Assembly (NCBI GenBank): GCA_035945995.1
Contig: DASYZR010000120.1
Span: 927-64,926 of the forward strand
From: a bacterium
Lineage (GTDB): Bacteria; Sysuimicrobiota; Sysuimicrobiia; Sysuimicrobiales; Segetimicrobiaceae
Direction of reading: 5' to 3'
DNA length: 64,000 bases
Shown in pieces: positions 51,389 through 60,802 of this stretch. Each line of letters starts with the position of its first letter. Positions within the stretch are counted from its first letter, which is position 1. Position numbers and translations under genes: made by a program. The notes under the pieces are model-generated. The model searched no databases and was not told the origin of the DNA. It saw nothing but the letters and a program-made list of their open reading frames with translations.

Positions 51389-52375
51389 TTAGCGCGCGTA
51401 GACTTCGGGATTGGCGACATTCGGCGGGCGGTCCCCGCGCAGCCACGCCTCGATGTTGTCGACGACCACGCCGGCGATCCGCTCGCGCGTGTCGCGGTCG
51501 GCGCTGCCGACATGCGGCGTGAGCACAACGTTGGGCAGGCCGATGAGGTCCGGCGCGACCCGCGGCTCGTGCTCGTACACGTCGAGGCCGGCCCCGGCGA
51601 TCCGGCCTTCGCGCAGGGCGCGGGCCAGCGCGGCCTCGTCGACGAGCGGGCCCCGCGACGTGTTGATCAAGTACGCGGCCGGCTTCATGAGGCCGAGCTC
51701 GCGCGCGCCGATTAGATGGCGCGTCTCCCGGGTCAGGAGCGCGTTCACGGAGACGAAATCCGAGGCCCGGAGCAGGTCGTCGAGCGGCGCCCACTCGACG
51801 CCGAGCGCGCGTTCGTCCGGCTCCGGAAGCCGGCGGCGCTTCACGTACAACACCCGCATGCCGAACCCGTGCCCCCGGCGCGCCACCGCCCGGCCGATCG
51901 CGCCAAACCCCACGATGCCGAGCGTCTTGCCGTGCACGGTTCCGCCGACGAGGTGCATCGACTGGGAGCCCGGAAAGACGCCGGAGCGGAGCAGCCGGTC
52001 GCCTTCCACGATCCGCCTGGCCACGGCCAGCAGCAGCGCCATGTTCACGTCGGCCGTGGCTTCGGTTACGAGCGGCGGGATCACCGTCACCGGGATCGAG
52101 CGGGCCGTGGCCGCCGCCAGATCGACGTTGGCCGGGATGATGGCCATGCACGCCACGAGCCGGAGCCGCCCGCCGGCGGTCAGCACCTCGGCATCGATCC
52201 GGTCGTGGAGGAGACAGAACAGAACGTCCGCCTCGCGGACCCCGGCGAGCAGCCGGTCGCGCGGCGCGATCGTCAACGGGTCGTCGTGCATCTCGACCTC
52301 GGCCAGAGCTCGAAGACGCGCGAGCGCGCCCTCGGGAATCGGCTGCGTGAGAAAGATCCGCGGAGACGGCGCCAT
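51389..52375 (-). CDS. D-isomer-specific 2-hydroxyacid dehydrogenase (glyoxylate/hydroxypyruvate reductase-like)
   Basis: GKTLGIVGFGAIGRAVARR, NTSRGPLVDE, TPHVGSA. Confidence 0.9.
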   Translation of the reverse strand: MAPSPRIFLTQPIPEGALARLRALAEVEMHDDPLTIAPRDRLLAGVREADVLFCLLHDRIDAEVLTAGGRLRLVACMAIIPANVDLAAATARSIPVTVIPPLVTEATADVNMALLLAVARRIVEGDRLLRSGVFPGSQSMHLVGGTVHGKTLGIVGFGAIGRAVARRGHGFGMRVLYVKRRRLPEPDERALGVEWAPLDDLLRASDFVSVNALLTRETRHLIGARELGLMKPAAYLINTSRGPLVDEAALARALREGRIAGAGLDVYEHEPRVAPDLIGLPNVVLTPHVGSADRDTRERIAGVVVDNIEAWLRGDRPPNVANPEVYAR

Positions 52376-52511
52376 CGGGCTCCCCGGACGCGGCGGCCGT
52401 CACGGGCCGGCGCGGGATCGGAACGGTCACGTGCAGCTTTCGAAGGCGCGCGGATGCGGTCCTCTTGCGCGTTGCCGCCGGGCAGGCCATTCGGGCGCGC
52501 GGGCGAATATC

Positions 52512-53297
52512 ATGAGCCCCATGACCTCAGACGGGCAGATCGCCTTGGTGACCGGCGCGTCACGCGGATTGGGCAGAGCCATCGCCCTGCGTCTGGCGCG
52601 GGACGGGGCGGCCGTGTGCGTGAACTACCGGACCCGGGCCGGCAAGGCGCAGGCGGTCGTGGACCAGATCCGCGCCGCGGGCGGACGGGCGATCGCGGTG
52701 CGCGCGGACATCGGCGACCCGAATCAGGTCCGGGAGATGGTGGCCCGAGCCGCGGAGGAGTTGGGGCCGGTCTCCGTCCTCGTGAACAACGCCGGGGTCG
52801 GTGTGGACGTCACGCTGGAAGACTTCGACGTGAGCCGTCTCGACGAGATGCGCCGCACCAACGTCGACGGGCTGATCCACGCGACGCGAACCGTGATCCC
52901 CTCGATGAAAGAACGCCGCTACGGCCGCATCGTCAACATCAGCTCGATCGCCGGCCACGGGACGACGCTGCCCGGCACCACGTTCTACGCCGCGACCAAG
53001 GCCGCGGTGTCGGTCTTGACGCGGCGATTCGCCATGAAGCTCGGACCGCACGGCATCACCGTCAATGCTGTCGCGCCCGGCTTCATCCTCACCGACATGG
53101 TCAGAGAGGACCGCACCGAGCCCGAGCTCCGCGACGTCGTGAAGAGCGTCGGCGAGCGCAGCATGGTCCGCCGGGTCGGCGACCCTGAAGACATCGCCCA
53201 CGCCGTGGCCTTCCTCGCCGCGCCGGAGTCGGGGTTCATCACGGCGCAGATCCTGACGGTGGACGGCGGCCGCATGGACTACATTGGTCACCCGTAA
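52512..53297 (+). CDS. short-chain dehydrogenase/reductase (FabG-like)
   Basis: ATG 52512. ALVTGASRGLGRAIA, NNAG, YAATKAAV. The N-terminal 367 aa of track ORF 51411..53297 are antisense to the 2-HADH gene and are rejected. Confidence 0.9.
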   Translation: MSPMTSDGQIALVTGASRGLGRAIALRLARDGAAVCVNYRTRAGKAQAVVDQIRAAGGRAIAVRADIGDPNQVREMVARAAEELGPVSVLVNNAGVGVDVTLEDFDVSRLDEMRRTNVDGLIHATRTVIPSMKERRYGRIVNISSIAGHGTTLPGTTFYAATKAAVSVLTRRFAMKLGPHGITVNAVAPGFILTDMVREDRTEPELRDVVKSVGERSMVRRVGDPEDIAHAVAFLAAPESGFITAQILTVDGGRMDYIGHP

Positions 53298-53330
53298 CCG
53301 GCGCCCACGCCGATTCCCGGGGCCGGCACA

Positions 53331-54071
53331 ATGACGGCGTCCCAAGCCCGCTCCGCGCTCTCGCCGTCCGGTACCCTGCGCGCCGGCATCAACTACGGAA
53401 ACTTCCTGCTCGCGCACCGTGACGGCCCCGGCGGGGAGCCGCGCGGTATCGCGCCCGACCTGGGGCGGGAGATCGCACGGCGGCTCGGCGTGCCCGTGGC
53501 GTTCGTGGCGTTCGACCAGGCCGGCCCCCTCGCCGACGCCGCGACCGAGGACGTGTGGGACATCGGGTTCCTCGGCAACGAGCCGCGGCGCGCCGCCGAG
53601 ATCGCTTTTAGCCCGGCGTACCTCGAGATCCCCGTGACGTATCTCGTGCCGGCGGGCTCGCCGATCCGGACGCTTGCGGATGTGGACCGCGCAGGGGTCC
53701 GGATCGCGGTCTCGGGCGAGAGCGCCTACGACCTCTTTCTCAGTCGCACGCTCACGCACGCGACGCTCGTGCGCGCCCGGGGCATCGGGGCGTCATACCG
53801 CCTCTTCGTCGACGAGAAGTTGGACGCGTTGGCGGGCCTGAGGCCTCGGCTGATCGCCGACGCCGCGGCGCTGCGGGGGTCGCGCGTCCTCGACGGCCAG
53901 GTGACCGGCGTGCAGCAATCGATCGGGACGCCGCGCGCCCGCGGCGAGGCGGGCGTGAGCTACCTGCGGGAGTTCGTCGAGGAGGCGAAGGCCTCCGGGC
54001 TCGTGGCGCGGCTCATCGCGTCCCACGGCGTGCGCGGCGTGACGGTGGCGCCGATGGCGCCGGGGCCGTGA
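53331..54071 (+). CDS. type-3 solute-binding-protein-fold (SBP_bac_3-like) protein without an obvious signal peptide
   Basis: LRAGINYGNFLLA...GIAPDLGREIARRLGVPVAFV...FSPAYLEIPVTYLV. Confidence 0.65.
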   Translation: MTASQARSALSPSGTLRAGINYGNFLLAHRDGPGGEPRGIAPDLGREIARRLGVPVAFVAFDQAGPLADAATEDVWDIGFLGNEPRRAAEIAFSPAYLEIPVTYLVPAGSPIRTLADVDRAGVRIAVSGESAYDLFLSRTLTHATLVRARGIGASYRLFVDEKLDALAGLRPRLIADAAALRGSRVLDGQVTGVQQSIGTPRARGEAGVSYLREFVEEAKASGLVARLIASHGVRGVTVAPMAPGP

Positions 54072-54079
54072 ACGGGTCT

Positions 54080-54096
54080 GCCCCCTGCCGGGGGGC
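54080..54096. terminator. GC hairpin in the 37-nt convergent gap (possible bidirectional terminator)
   Basis: GCCCCC-TGCCG-GGGGGC: 6 GC pairs, 5-nt loop, no clear U tract. Confidence 0.3.
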
Positions 54097-54108
54097 CAAC
54101 GGCGCGAC

Positions 54109-55503
54109 CTACTTCAGCGATTGGAGGTAATCGAGCAGCGCATGGAGGTCGGACGGGCCGAGCGTGGTGAACGCCGGCATGCCGTCTTTCCCGTGCGTGA
54201 TCGTCGTCTGGATGTCCGTCCGGCCGAGCCTCGCGCCGACGTGCGTGAGATCCGGACCGACATTGGCGCCCACGCCGGCGATCGTGTGGCAATTGACGCA
54301 TCCCTGGACCTGGAACTGCCGGGCGCCGGCGGCGGCCGCCGCCGGCGCGGCCGCGGGGGTGGGGACGGCGGTCGTGCGGGCGGCCGGCGCGGGAGCGATG
54401 ATTCCGAGGTAGGTCAGCCCGAGGACGCCGACGACCGCCAGGCCCGCGCAGGCCGTGGCGATCGGACGGCGCAGAGGATGGCGCTCGGGGCTGCGGTCGA
54501 AGAACGGCAGCAGCAGAAGCAGCAGCACGACGCCCGTTACCGCGAGAAAGATCCACAGGGGCTCCCACTGTCCTTTGAGGTACCAGAGCAGCTGAAAGAA
54601 GTCGAGGAAGTACCATTCGGGGCGCGGGACGTAACTGGTGGTATTGGGATCCGCGGGGGTCTCGACCGGGCTGCCGACGGCCACCGCCAGCACGCCGATC
54701 GCAACAAAGAGGACCAGGGCAAAGAGTGCGTCCTTCTGGACCGCCAGGTAGAACGGATGGCCGGCCCGCTTCTCCATCGCGTACTCGCGCTCGTAGCGCT
54801 CGCGAAGCGGAAGCCCCTGCCCTTCCGGGCCGAGGGCGAGCGGCCGGCGTCGGGGCGGCGCGGCGATCCCCTGCCGGATCACCATGAAGAGGTGCACCGC
54901 GACAAACAAGAGAAGCGCGGCCGGCAGCAACCAGATGTGAAACGCGTAGAAGCGCTGCAACGTCAGTTCCCCGATCGCGGTACCCCCTCGGAGCAGGCGC
55001 AACGCCCACCCGCCGACGAAGGGCGCGGCCCCGGCGATGTTGGTCCCGACCACCGTGGCCCAGTAGGCCTTCTCATCGTAGGGCAGGAGATACCCGGTGA
55101 ACGAAAACCCGAGCACCAACAGCAGCAAGACGACCCCGGTGATCCAGGTCGCTTCCCGCGGGTACTTGTAGGCCCCATAGAGGAACACCCGGAGCATGTG
55201 CAATCCGACGATGACCACCAGGAAGCTCGCGGACCATCGATGGACGCCGCGCACGAACTCCCCAAACGGCACGTCCTGGGTGATGAAGCGGACGCTCTGA
55301 TACGCGTGATCGGCCGAGGGCGAGTAGTACACGGTGAGAAAGATGCCGGTCACAATCTGGACCGTGAGCAGGAACAGGGTGGCGCTCCCGAACACGTGGA
55401 ACCAGCCGACGCCCCGAGGCACGGACCGGTCCAGGAACGCGCGCCACAGGGGAACGACGTCGAGGCGTTCGTCAAGCCACCCTACGAACCGCCTCACCGT
55501 CAC
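54109..55503 (-). CDS. cytochrome b (b6 plus subunit IV) fused to a C-terminal monoheme cytochrome c
   Basis: GTG 55503 (GTGA overlap with the Rieske gene). VHRWSASFLVVIVGLH, FHIWLLPAALLLFVAVH, PRPEWYFLDFFQ. C-terminal GCVNCH...GMPAF. The N-terminal 133 aa of the track ORF are rejected. Confidence 0.9.
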   Translation of the reverse strand: MTVRRFVGWLDERLDVVPLWRAFLDRSVPRGVGWFHVFGSATLFLLTVQIVTGIFLTVYYSPSADHAYQSVRFITQDVPFGEFVRGVHRWSASFLVVIVGLHMLRVFLYGAYKYPREATWITGVVLLLLVLGFSFTGYLLPYDEKAYWATVVGTNIAGAAPFVGGWALRLLRGGTAIGELTLQRFYAFHIWLLPAALLLFVAVHLFMVIRQGIAAPPRRRPLALGPEGQGLPLRERYEREYAMEKRAGHPFYLAVQKDALFALVLFVAIGVLAVAVGSPVETPADPNTTSYVPRPEWYFLDFFQLLWYLKGQWEPLWIFLAVTGVVLLLLLLPFFDRSPERHPLRRPIATACAGLAVVGVLGLTYLGIIAPAPAARTTAVPTPAAAPAAAAAGARQFQVQGCVNCHTIAGVGANVGPDLTHVGARLGRTDIQTTITHGKDGMPAFTTLGPSDLHALLDYLQSLK

Positions 55504-56048
55504 GCCTCCCCTGGGGTCAGGTGTCCCATGTACAAGACCCCCTGCTCGACCCTGGTCGCGTACTGATCCAGCGGCCGCGGCGGAGGACCGGAGACGGCGT
55601 GTCCGGAGGCATCGAAGACGCCGCCGTGACACGGACAGAAGAACCGCTGCGCGGCGGCATTCCATCTCACGGCGCACCCCATGTGGGTGCAGTGGATGTC
55701 GAAGACGGAGGCCCGGTCGGGTCCCGTCGGATGGACGTAGACGGCGATGGGGGTGTCCGTCTGGATCCACCCATCCTGCACCGGCACGCTCACCTTCGCA
55801 AGCGTTGTCGTGCCGGACGGAAACGAGTCCATGGTCCCCACCCGCACCCACGGCTCTCGCGCGGCGAGGGTCGGAGCGATCGAGCGGCCGAGCCAGCGCC
55901 ACGCGTACCGGCCGCGGATCGTCGGCCCGAAGAGGAACACGAACAGGGGGACGCCGAGGACGATCCCGATGAAGCCGGTAATCGCGCCCAGAAGGCGGAT
56001 GACGGCACGGCGCCGGGTTAGGGTCTCCTCAGTTGGGGATCCGTTCAT
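55500..56048 (-). CDS. Rieske [2Fe-2S] protein
   Basis: Tat-like TRRRAVIRLLGAITG. CTHMGC ... CPCHGG. GGAGG RBS. Confidence 0.95.
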   Translation of the reverse strand: MNGSPTEETLTRRRAVIRLLGAITGFIGIVLGVPLFVFLFGPTIRGRYAWRWLGRSIAPTLAAREPWVRVGTMDSFPSGTTTLAKVSVPVQDGWIQTDTPIAVYVHPTGPDRASVFDIHCTHMGCAVRWNAAAQRFFCPCHGGVFDASGHAVSGPPPRPLDQYATRVEQGVLYMGHLTPGEA

Positions 56049-56060
56049 CCGTCGCCTCCG

Positions 56061-56393
56061 CTAGGGCCGGCTCTCGAGCGTGTCGACCTTCTTCACCCAG
56101 TAGAAGCCCGCAATCTCCCGCACCTGCGCCGCGGTCAACTGGAGCACGCGGATGCGGTGGCCTTCCACGCCGGCCACGGTGCCGATCTGCTGCAGCCTGT
56201 TGATGTGAAAGAATTCCGGCTGGAACGGAAACTCCACCGCGACCGAATACAGCGGTTGGTTCTGCCGCAGCGCCTGCCGGAGCGCGGGGCTGAGCCGGCC
56301 CTCCGCCGTGAGGGCGCCGTAGAGCGGCCCGGCTTCCAGCGCGAGCGCCGCCACGATCGCCGGCACCAGGAGGCGGATGGCGAGCCCCTTCAC
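56061..56393 (-). CDS. hypothetical small protein (N-terminal hydrophobic segment), GTGA-coupled to the ABC permease
   Basis: GTG 56393. VKGLAIRLLVPAIVAALALEAG.... 110 aa. No family recognised. Confidence 0.5.
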   Translation of the reverse strand: MKGLAIRLLVPAIVAALALEAGPLYGALTAEGRLSPALRQALRQNQPLYSVAVEFPFQPEFFHINRLQQIGTVAGVEGHRIRVLQLTAAQVREIAGFYWVKKVDTLESRP

Positions 56394-57157
56394 GGCTCGA
56401 CCACCGTGCCCCAGCGCTTCACGGTGCGGCGCTCGAGCGGCATCAGGATCACGTTGTCCATGACGACCCACAGGATGCCGATGGTGGCGATCCCCGCCAG
56501 GATCTCGTCGGTCCGGAAGTAGTGGCTCGCATCGAAGATCAGGAACCCGAGCCCGCTCGTCGCCGCGATCAACTCGGCCGCGACCAGCGCCCGCCACCCG
56601 AAGCCCAACCCGCTGCGGATGCCCGCGACGATGTAGGGCAGCGCCCCCGGCAGGAAGACCTGCAGGATGAGCACGCGGGGCCCGCCGCCGAGCGTCCGGA
56701 TCGCCTGCTCCATGATCCGCGGCACCGACCGGATGCCGAGCACGGTGTTGAAGAAGACGAGAAAGAAGATCGAATTCCAGATCACGAAGGTCACGGCGAC
56801 CGTCCCGAGCCCGAACCACATGATCGCGAGCGGGATCCACGCGATGCCGCTCACCGCGCTGAAGAACGCGGCAAGCGGAAGGAGCAGATCGCCGAGCACC
56901 CGGTTGAGTCCGGCCAGGATGCCGAGACCGACCGCGAGGACGATGCTCACGGTGGCGCCCAGCGCGAGCCGGGCGAGACTGGCCAGGATGTCGGCCGCGA
57001 GCGTTCCGTCGGACAGGAGCGTCCGCGCCGCGCCGAGCACGCTCTCGGGCCGCGGCAGCGCCCCGGCGCTGAACCGGCCGGAGTGCGACGCCAGCCACCA
57101 CGCCGCCACCAGCGCGAGGAACGGCAGCGCGCCCAGGGCGGACTCGACCCGTTTCAC
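56390..57157 (-). CDS. ABC permease, NitT/TauT (SsuC/TauC-like) family
   Basis: GTG 57157 (GTGA overlap). BPD-transport EAA-like loop RSVPRIMEQAIRTLGGGPRVLILQVFLPGALPY. Confidence 0.9.
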   Translation of the reverse strand: MKRVESALGALPFLALVAAWWLASHSGRFSAGALPRPESVLGAARTLLSDGTLAADILASLARLALGATVSIVLAVGLGILAGLNRVLGDLLLPLAAFFSAVSGIAWIPLAIMWFGLGTVAVTFVIWNSIFFLVFFNTVLGIRSVPRIMEQAIRTLGGGPRVLILQVFLPGALPYIVAGIRSGLGFGWRALVAAELIAATSGLGFLIFDASHYFRTDEILAGIATIGILWVVMDNVILMPLERRTVKRWGTVVEP

Positions 57158-57996
57158 CGCTGCACCATCCCCCAGCGCTCGATGGTACAGCGTTCGAGCG
57201 GCCGGAGGAACCCCGCGTCGAGAAAGATCCAGAGGAGCCCGATCACGATCATGCCGTCGATGATGCGGGCGGTCTGTTGAAAATCCCGTGACTGAAACAA
57301 GAGAAAGCCGATGCCTCCGACGCCGGCCACCATCTCGCCCGCGATGAGCGCGCGCCACCCGTACGCGACGCCGAGCCGGACGCCGACGATGATGCTCGGA
57401 AGCGCGCCGGGAAGCCAGACGTCCGTGATCAGCCGCCGCCGGCCGGCGCCCATGGTGCGGAGGGCGTCGGCAAGGTGGGCCGGGACCGTCCGGAGTCCGG
57501 TCATGGTGTTGAAGACGATCGGAAAGAAGGCGGTATAGAGAATGACCGCCTGGATCGTCTTCTCGGTGAACCCGAACCACACGACCACCATCGGCAGCCA
57601 GGCGATCCCGGAGAGCGACTGGAAGAATTTCAGGAAGGGCGTGAAGGTGATGGCGAGCGTGCGGTTCGAACCGAGCACGAGGCCGACGGGGACGCCGAGC
57701 AGGACGGCGAGTCCTCCGCCGACCGCGATCCGCTTGAGACTCGCCGCCGCATAATCCGGCAGGATCCCTTCCGCCAGCAGCGGCCCGGCCGCCCGCGCCG
57801 TGGCGGCCGGCGAGGGCAGGACCGCGGGGCCGGGGTGCAGGACGATCGCGGCGGCCCACCACACGGCGAGGAGCAGGAGGAAGGGCGCCACCGTCCGGCG
57901 GGCCGCGTCGAGCGCCGCGGGCCACCACGGCGTCGATCGTACGTCGAGACCCGTCGGTACCGGCCCGAGCACCGGCGCAGTCGGCTTCGCTTTCAT
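57154..57996 (-). CDS. ABC permease, NitT/TauT family
   Basis: RTVPAHLADALRTMGAGRRRLITDVWLPGALPS. 6 TM helices. Confidence 0.9.
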   Translation of the reverse strand: MKAKPTAPVLGPVPTGLDVRSTPWWPAALDAARRTVAPFLLLLAVWWAAAIVLHPGPAVLPSPAATARAAGPLLAEGILPDYAAASLKRIAVGGGLAVLLGVPVGLVLGSNRTLAITFTPFLKFFQSLSGIAWLPMVVVWFGFTEKTIQAVILYTAFFPIVFNTMTGLRTVPAHLADALRTMGAGRRRLITDVWLPGALPSIIVGVRLGVAYGWRALIAGEMVAGVGGIGFLLFQSRDFQQTARIIDGMIVIGLLWIFLDAGFLRPLERCTIERWGMVQR

Positions 57997-58850
57997 TGCG
58001 CTCCGGGGCGTCTCGCGGCCTGCGCCGCCTCCGGACTCGTGACTTCGGTCCTCACGGACTGCAGCACGTGGTCGCGGACCTCCAGGAACCGGCCGTCGCG
58101 GTTGACGACGTCCCAGGACCGCGCGCCGCGCGGCAGCGGGACCGTCACCGACTCCTTGACCGTCCCGGGGCGGCGCGTCAGGACCATCACGCGGTCGCCG
58201 AGGAACACCGCCTCATCGACGCTGTGCGTGACGAACAGGATCGTCTTCTTCGTGACGACGGAGATCCGGAGCAATTCTTCTTGAAGCGTGATCCGTGTTT
58301 GGGCATCCACGGCGGCGAACGGCTCGTCCATGAGGATGACGTTGGGATCGGGGGCCAGCGTCCGCGCCACCGCCACACGCTGCTTCATGCCGCCGGACAG
58401 CTCGTGCGGGTAGCGGTCTTCGAACCCGCGCAGTCCCACGAGGTCGATGTAGCGGGCGACGATCGTCTCCCGTGCCGGCCCCGGGACGCCGGCGATCTCG
58501 AGGCCGTGCCCGATGTTGCGCCGGACCGTGCGCCAGGGCAGGATCGCGAGTTCCTGGAACACCACGCCCCGGTCGCTCCCGGGGCCGCGAACGCGCCGGC
58601 CGTCGACGAACAGGTCGCCGGCGGCGGGCCGGATCAACCCCGCGATAATGTGGATGAGCGTCGACTTGCCGCACCCGCTCGGGCCGACGACCGTCACCAG
58701 CTCGCCTTCCGCCACCTCGAACGACACGTGGTCGAGCGCCGGCACCTGGCGGCCGTCGTTGCTCCGATACTGATGGCGAAGGCCGGCGACCCGGATCTTG
58801 ACCGCCGCCGGTGCGGCGCCAGCCTGCGCGCCGTGCGCCGGCAGGATCAC
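57993..58850 (-). CDS. ABC ATPase, NitT/TauT (SsuB/TauB-like) family
   Basis: GPSGCGKST, LSGGMKQRVAVARTL, ILMDEPFAAVD. Confidence 0.95.
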   Translation of the reverse strand: MILPAHGAQAGAAPAAVKIRVAGLRHQYRSNDGRQVPALDHVSFEVAEGELVTVVGPSGCGKSTLIHIIAGLIRPAAGDLFVDGRRVRGPGSDRGVVFQELAILPWRTVRRNIGHGLEIAGVPGPARETIVARYIDLVGLRGFEDRYPHELSGGMKQRVAVARTLAPDPNVILMDEPFAAVDAQTRITLQEELLRISVVTKKTILFVTHSVDEAVFLGDRVMVLTRRPGTVKESVTVPLPRGARSWDVVNRDGRFLEVRDHVLQSVRTEVTSPEAAQAARRPGAQ

Positions 58851-58866
58851 CTCGGACGAGGCGCCC

Positions 58867-59910
58867 CTAGCGGCCGCACGACGCCGGGATCGGCTTGAGG
58901 TCGCGGAACAGCCCCGGGTACAGCGCCTGGGTCTGCTTCGCGAAACGGTCGGTCAGCTGCTGGTCGGCGGGCATGAGTGCCTTGATCTTGTGCTGCTCGT
59001 AGAGCAGCTGCGTCGCCGCGGCAAACGCCTTGACCGTGCAGCCGCTGACCCGCGGATCGAAGGGGATGTGCTTGATGGCATCCGCGGCCACTTTCGCGTC
59101 GAGCCCGGGAATCCAGTGCGTCACCACCTGGGCGGCGTCCCCGGGATGGGTGCGGATCCAGAACGAGGTCTCGGCGATCGCGTCGGCGACGTCCTGGACG
59201 ATCGCCGCGTGGCTCTGCGCGTACGCCTCGGTGGTCCCGACGCCGAGGATGTAGCCCAGGATCGGGCCCCCGCGCTTGATCAGCACGGCCTGCGGCCCCA
59301 TGGTCTCGAGGATCACCGTCTGGAAGGGCTCCCACGTGGCGATGGCATCGACGTTCTTGTTCTGGATCGTGACGAGCTGGGATCCCGGCTCGACGTTCAA
59401 GTAGCCGACCTGCTTCGGATCGACGCCCTGCTTCGTCAGCCACGTCGTCAGCCACACGTCCGCCGTGCCGCCCCGGACCAGCCCGACCTTCTTGCCGGCG
59501 AAGCTCCGCGCGTCCTCGGGCTTGATCCCGCTGTCCGCCCGGGCGACGACGGCCAGCGGACTGTCGCCGTACTCGGTGGTGGCGTCGTTCAGGACCGGCA
59601 CGGCCATGAACACCTTGAGCCCGGCCTCGCGCGCCGCCTGGACCGACGTCACGCCGGTGTCCGTGAACTGCGCGGCGCCCGATTCCATGGCGGCATTGGC
59701 CTCGGCGCCCGTCTGGGTGTGGATAAACTTCACGTTGATCCCGTGCTTGAGAAAGAACCCCTTCTCGACCGCCACGAATTCGGGCGTGTGGAGCATGTTG
59801 GTGACGGTGATCAGCGTCACCGTGGTCGGCATGGGGGCCGCCCGCCCCACCGCGCCGGCGACGAGGGTACATGCGATTGCGCAGACCAGCGCCGCGGAAC
59901 GTCGCAGCAC
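58867..59910 (-). CDS. ABC substrate-binding protein, NMT1/THI5 (SsuA/TauA-like) family
   Basis: GTG 59910. Signal RRSAALVCAIACTLVAGAVG. ...EKGFFLKHGINVKF.... The N-terminal 114 aa of the track ORF are rejected. Confidence 0.85.
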   Translation of the reverse strand: MLRRSAALVCAIACTLVAGAVGRAAPMPTTVTLITVTNMLHTPEFVAVEKGFFLKHGINVKFIHTQTGAEANAAMESGAAQFTDTGVTSVQAAREAGLKVFMAVPVLNDATTEYGDSPLAVVARADSGIKPEDARSFAGKKVGLVRGGTADVWLTTWLTKQGVDPKQVGYLNVEPGSQLVTIQNKNVDAIATWEPFQTVILETMGPQAVLIKRGGPILGYILGVGTTEAYAQSHAAIVQDVADAIAETSFWIRTHPGDAAQVVTHWIPGLDAKVAADAIKHIPFDPRVSGCTVKAFAAATQLLYEQHKIKALMPADQQLTDRFAKQTQALYPGLFRDLKPIPASCGR

Positions 59911-60041
59911 GTTACCGTCCCCCCGTCGAGCGATCGTGATCGGCCGACGCAGACGCACCCATCGGACGTCGACCCGGTCGCACGGAACTTCGTTTTGGGC
60001 TGTCGCACACCCTCCGGCGCCGCCGGAACGCCGGGGCCCGG

Positions 60042-60788
60042 TCATGCGGGCCGTCCGTACGGCCGGAGCCGATACGCCGCCGCGGCATTGGCGCCGAAGA
60101 TTTTCTCCCGCGCCGCGCCCGGCAGATCGCCCAGGGCATGGCGCGCCGCGTCGAGCACCTCGGCGTACGTCCCGGCCAGCAGACACACCGGCCAATCCGA
60201 GCCGAACATGAGCCGGTCCGCCCCGAACCACGCCAGCGCCTCCCGTACGCACCCGGTCAGGTCATCGGGGCGCCACCGGCGCCAGTCCGCCTCGGCGATC
60301 AGCCCGGAGAGCTTGCACCAGACATTGCCGTACGCGGCGAGCGGAGCGAGCGCGGCCGCCCATTCTCCGAGTGCCCCCGTCCGCAGCGGCGGCTTGGCGA
60401 GATGATCCACGATCAGGCGAAGGCCGGGGCGCAGCAGCCACTCGGGGTCTGCCTCATCGTGCACCTGGTGGCGGACCCCGACGAGCCGCCTTCCCCCGGC
60501 CGACGACCGGAGCATCTCGAGTTGCCCCGCCACGTCGGACGCGCTCAAGTCCACCCAGGCCACGACACCGGCGATGAAGTCCGTCCGGCACGCGATGGCC
60601 AGGAACTCGCGCGACTCCTCGAGGCTCGCGCGGGTCTGCACGAGGATGGTGCGGTCCACACCGCATTCCGCCAGCAGCGGACGCAGATCTTCGGGGCCGA
60701 AGCGGCGCCGGACGGCCGCGAAGTCGCCCGTCATCCACGGGTAGTCCGCCGTGGACGGATCCCAGAAATGCTGATGGGCGTCGATCAC
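60042..60788 (-). CDS. amidohydrolase_2-family metal hydrolase, sugar-lactonase (L-fuconolactonase)-like
   Basis: GTG 60788. VIDAHQHFWDP, ILVQT, VGVRHQVHDE, IVDHLAKPP, MFGSDWPVC. Confidence 0.75.
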   Translation of the reverse strand: MIDAHQHFWDPSTADYPWMTGDFAAVRRRFGPEDLRPLLAECGVDRTILVQTRASLEESREFLAIACRTDFIAGVVAWVDLSASDVAGQLEMLRSSAGGRRLVGVRHQVHDEADPEWLLRPGLRLIVDHLAKPPLRTGALGEWAAALAPLAAYGNVWCKLSGLIAEADWRRWRPDDLTGCVREALAWFGADRLMFGSDWPVCLLAGTYAEVLDAARHALGDLPGAAREKIFGANAAAAYRLRPYGRPA

Positions 60789-60802
60789 CGCAGGCTGGGG
60801 TC

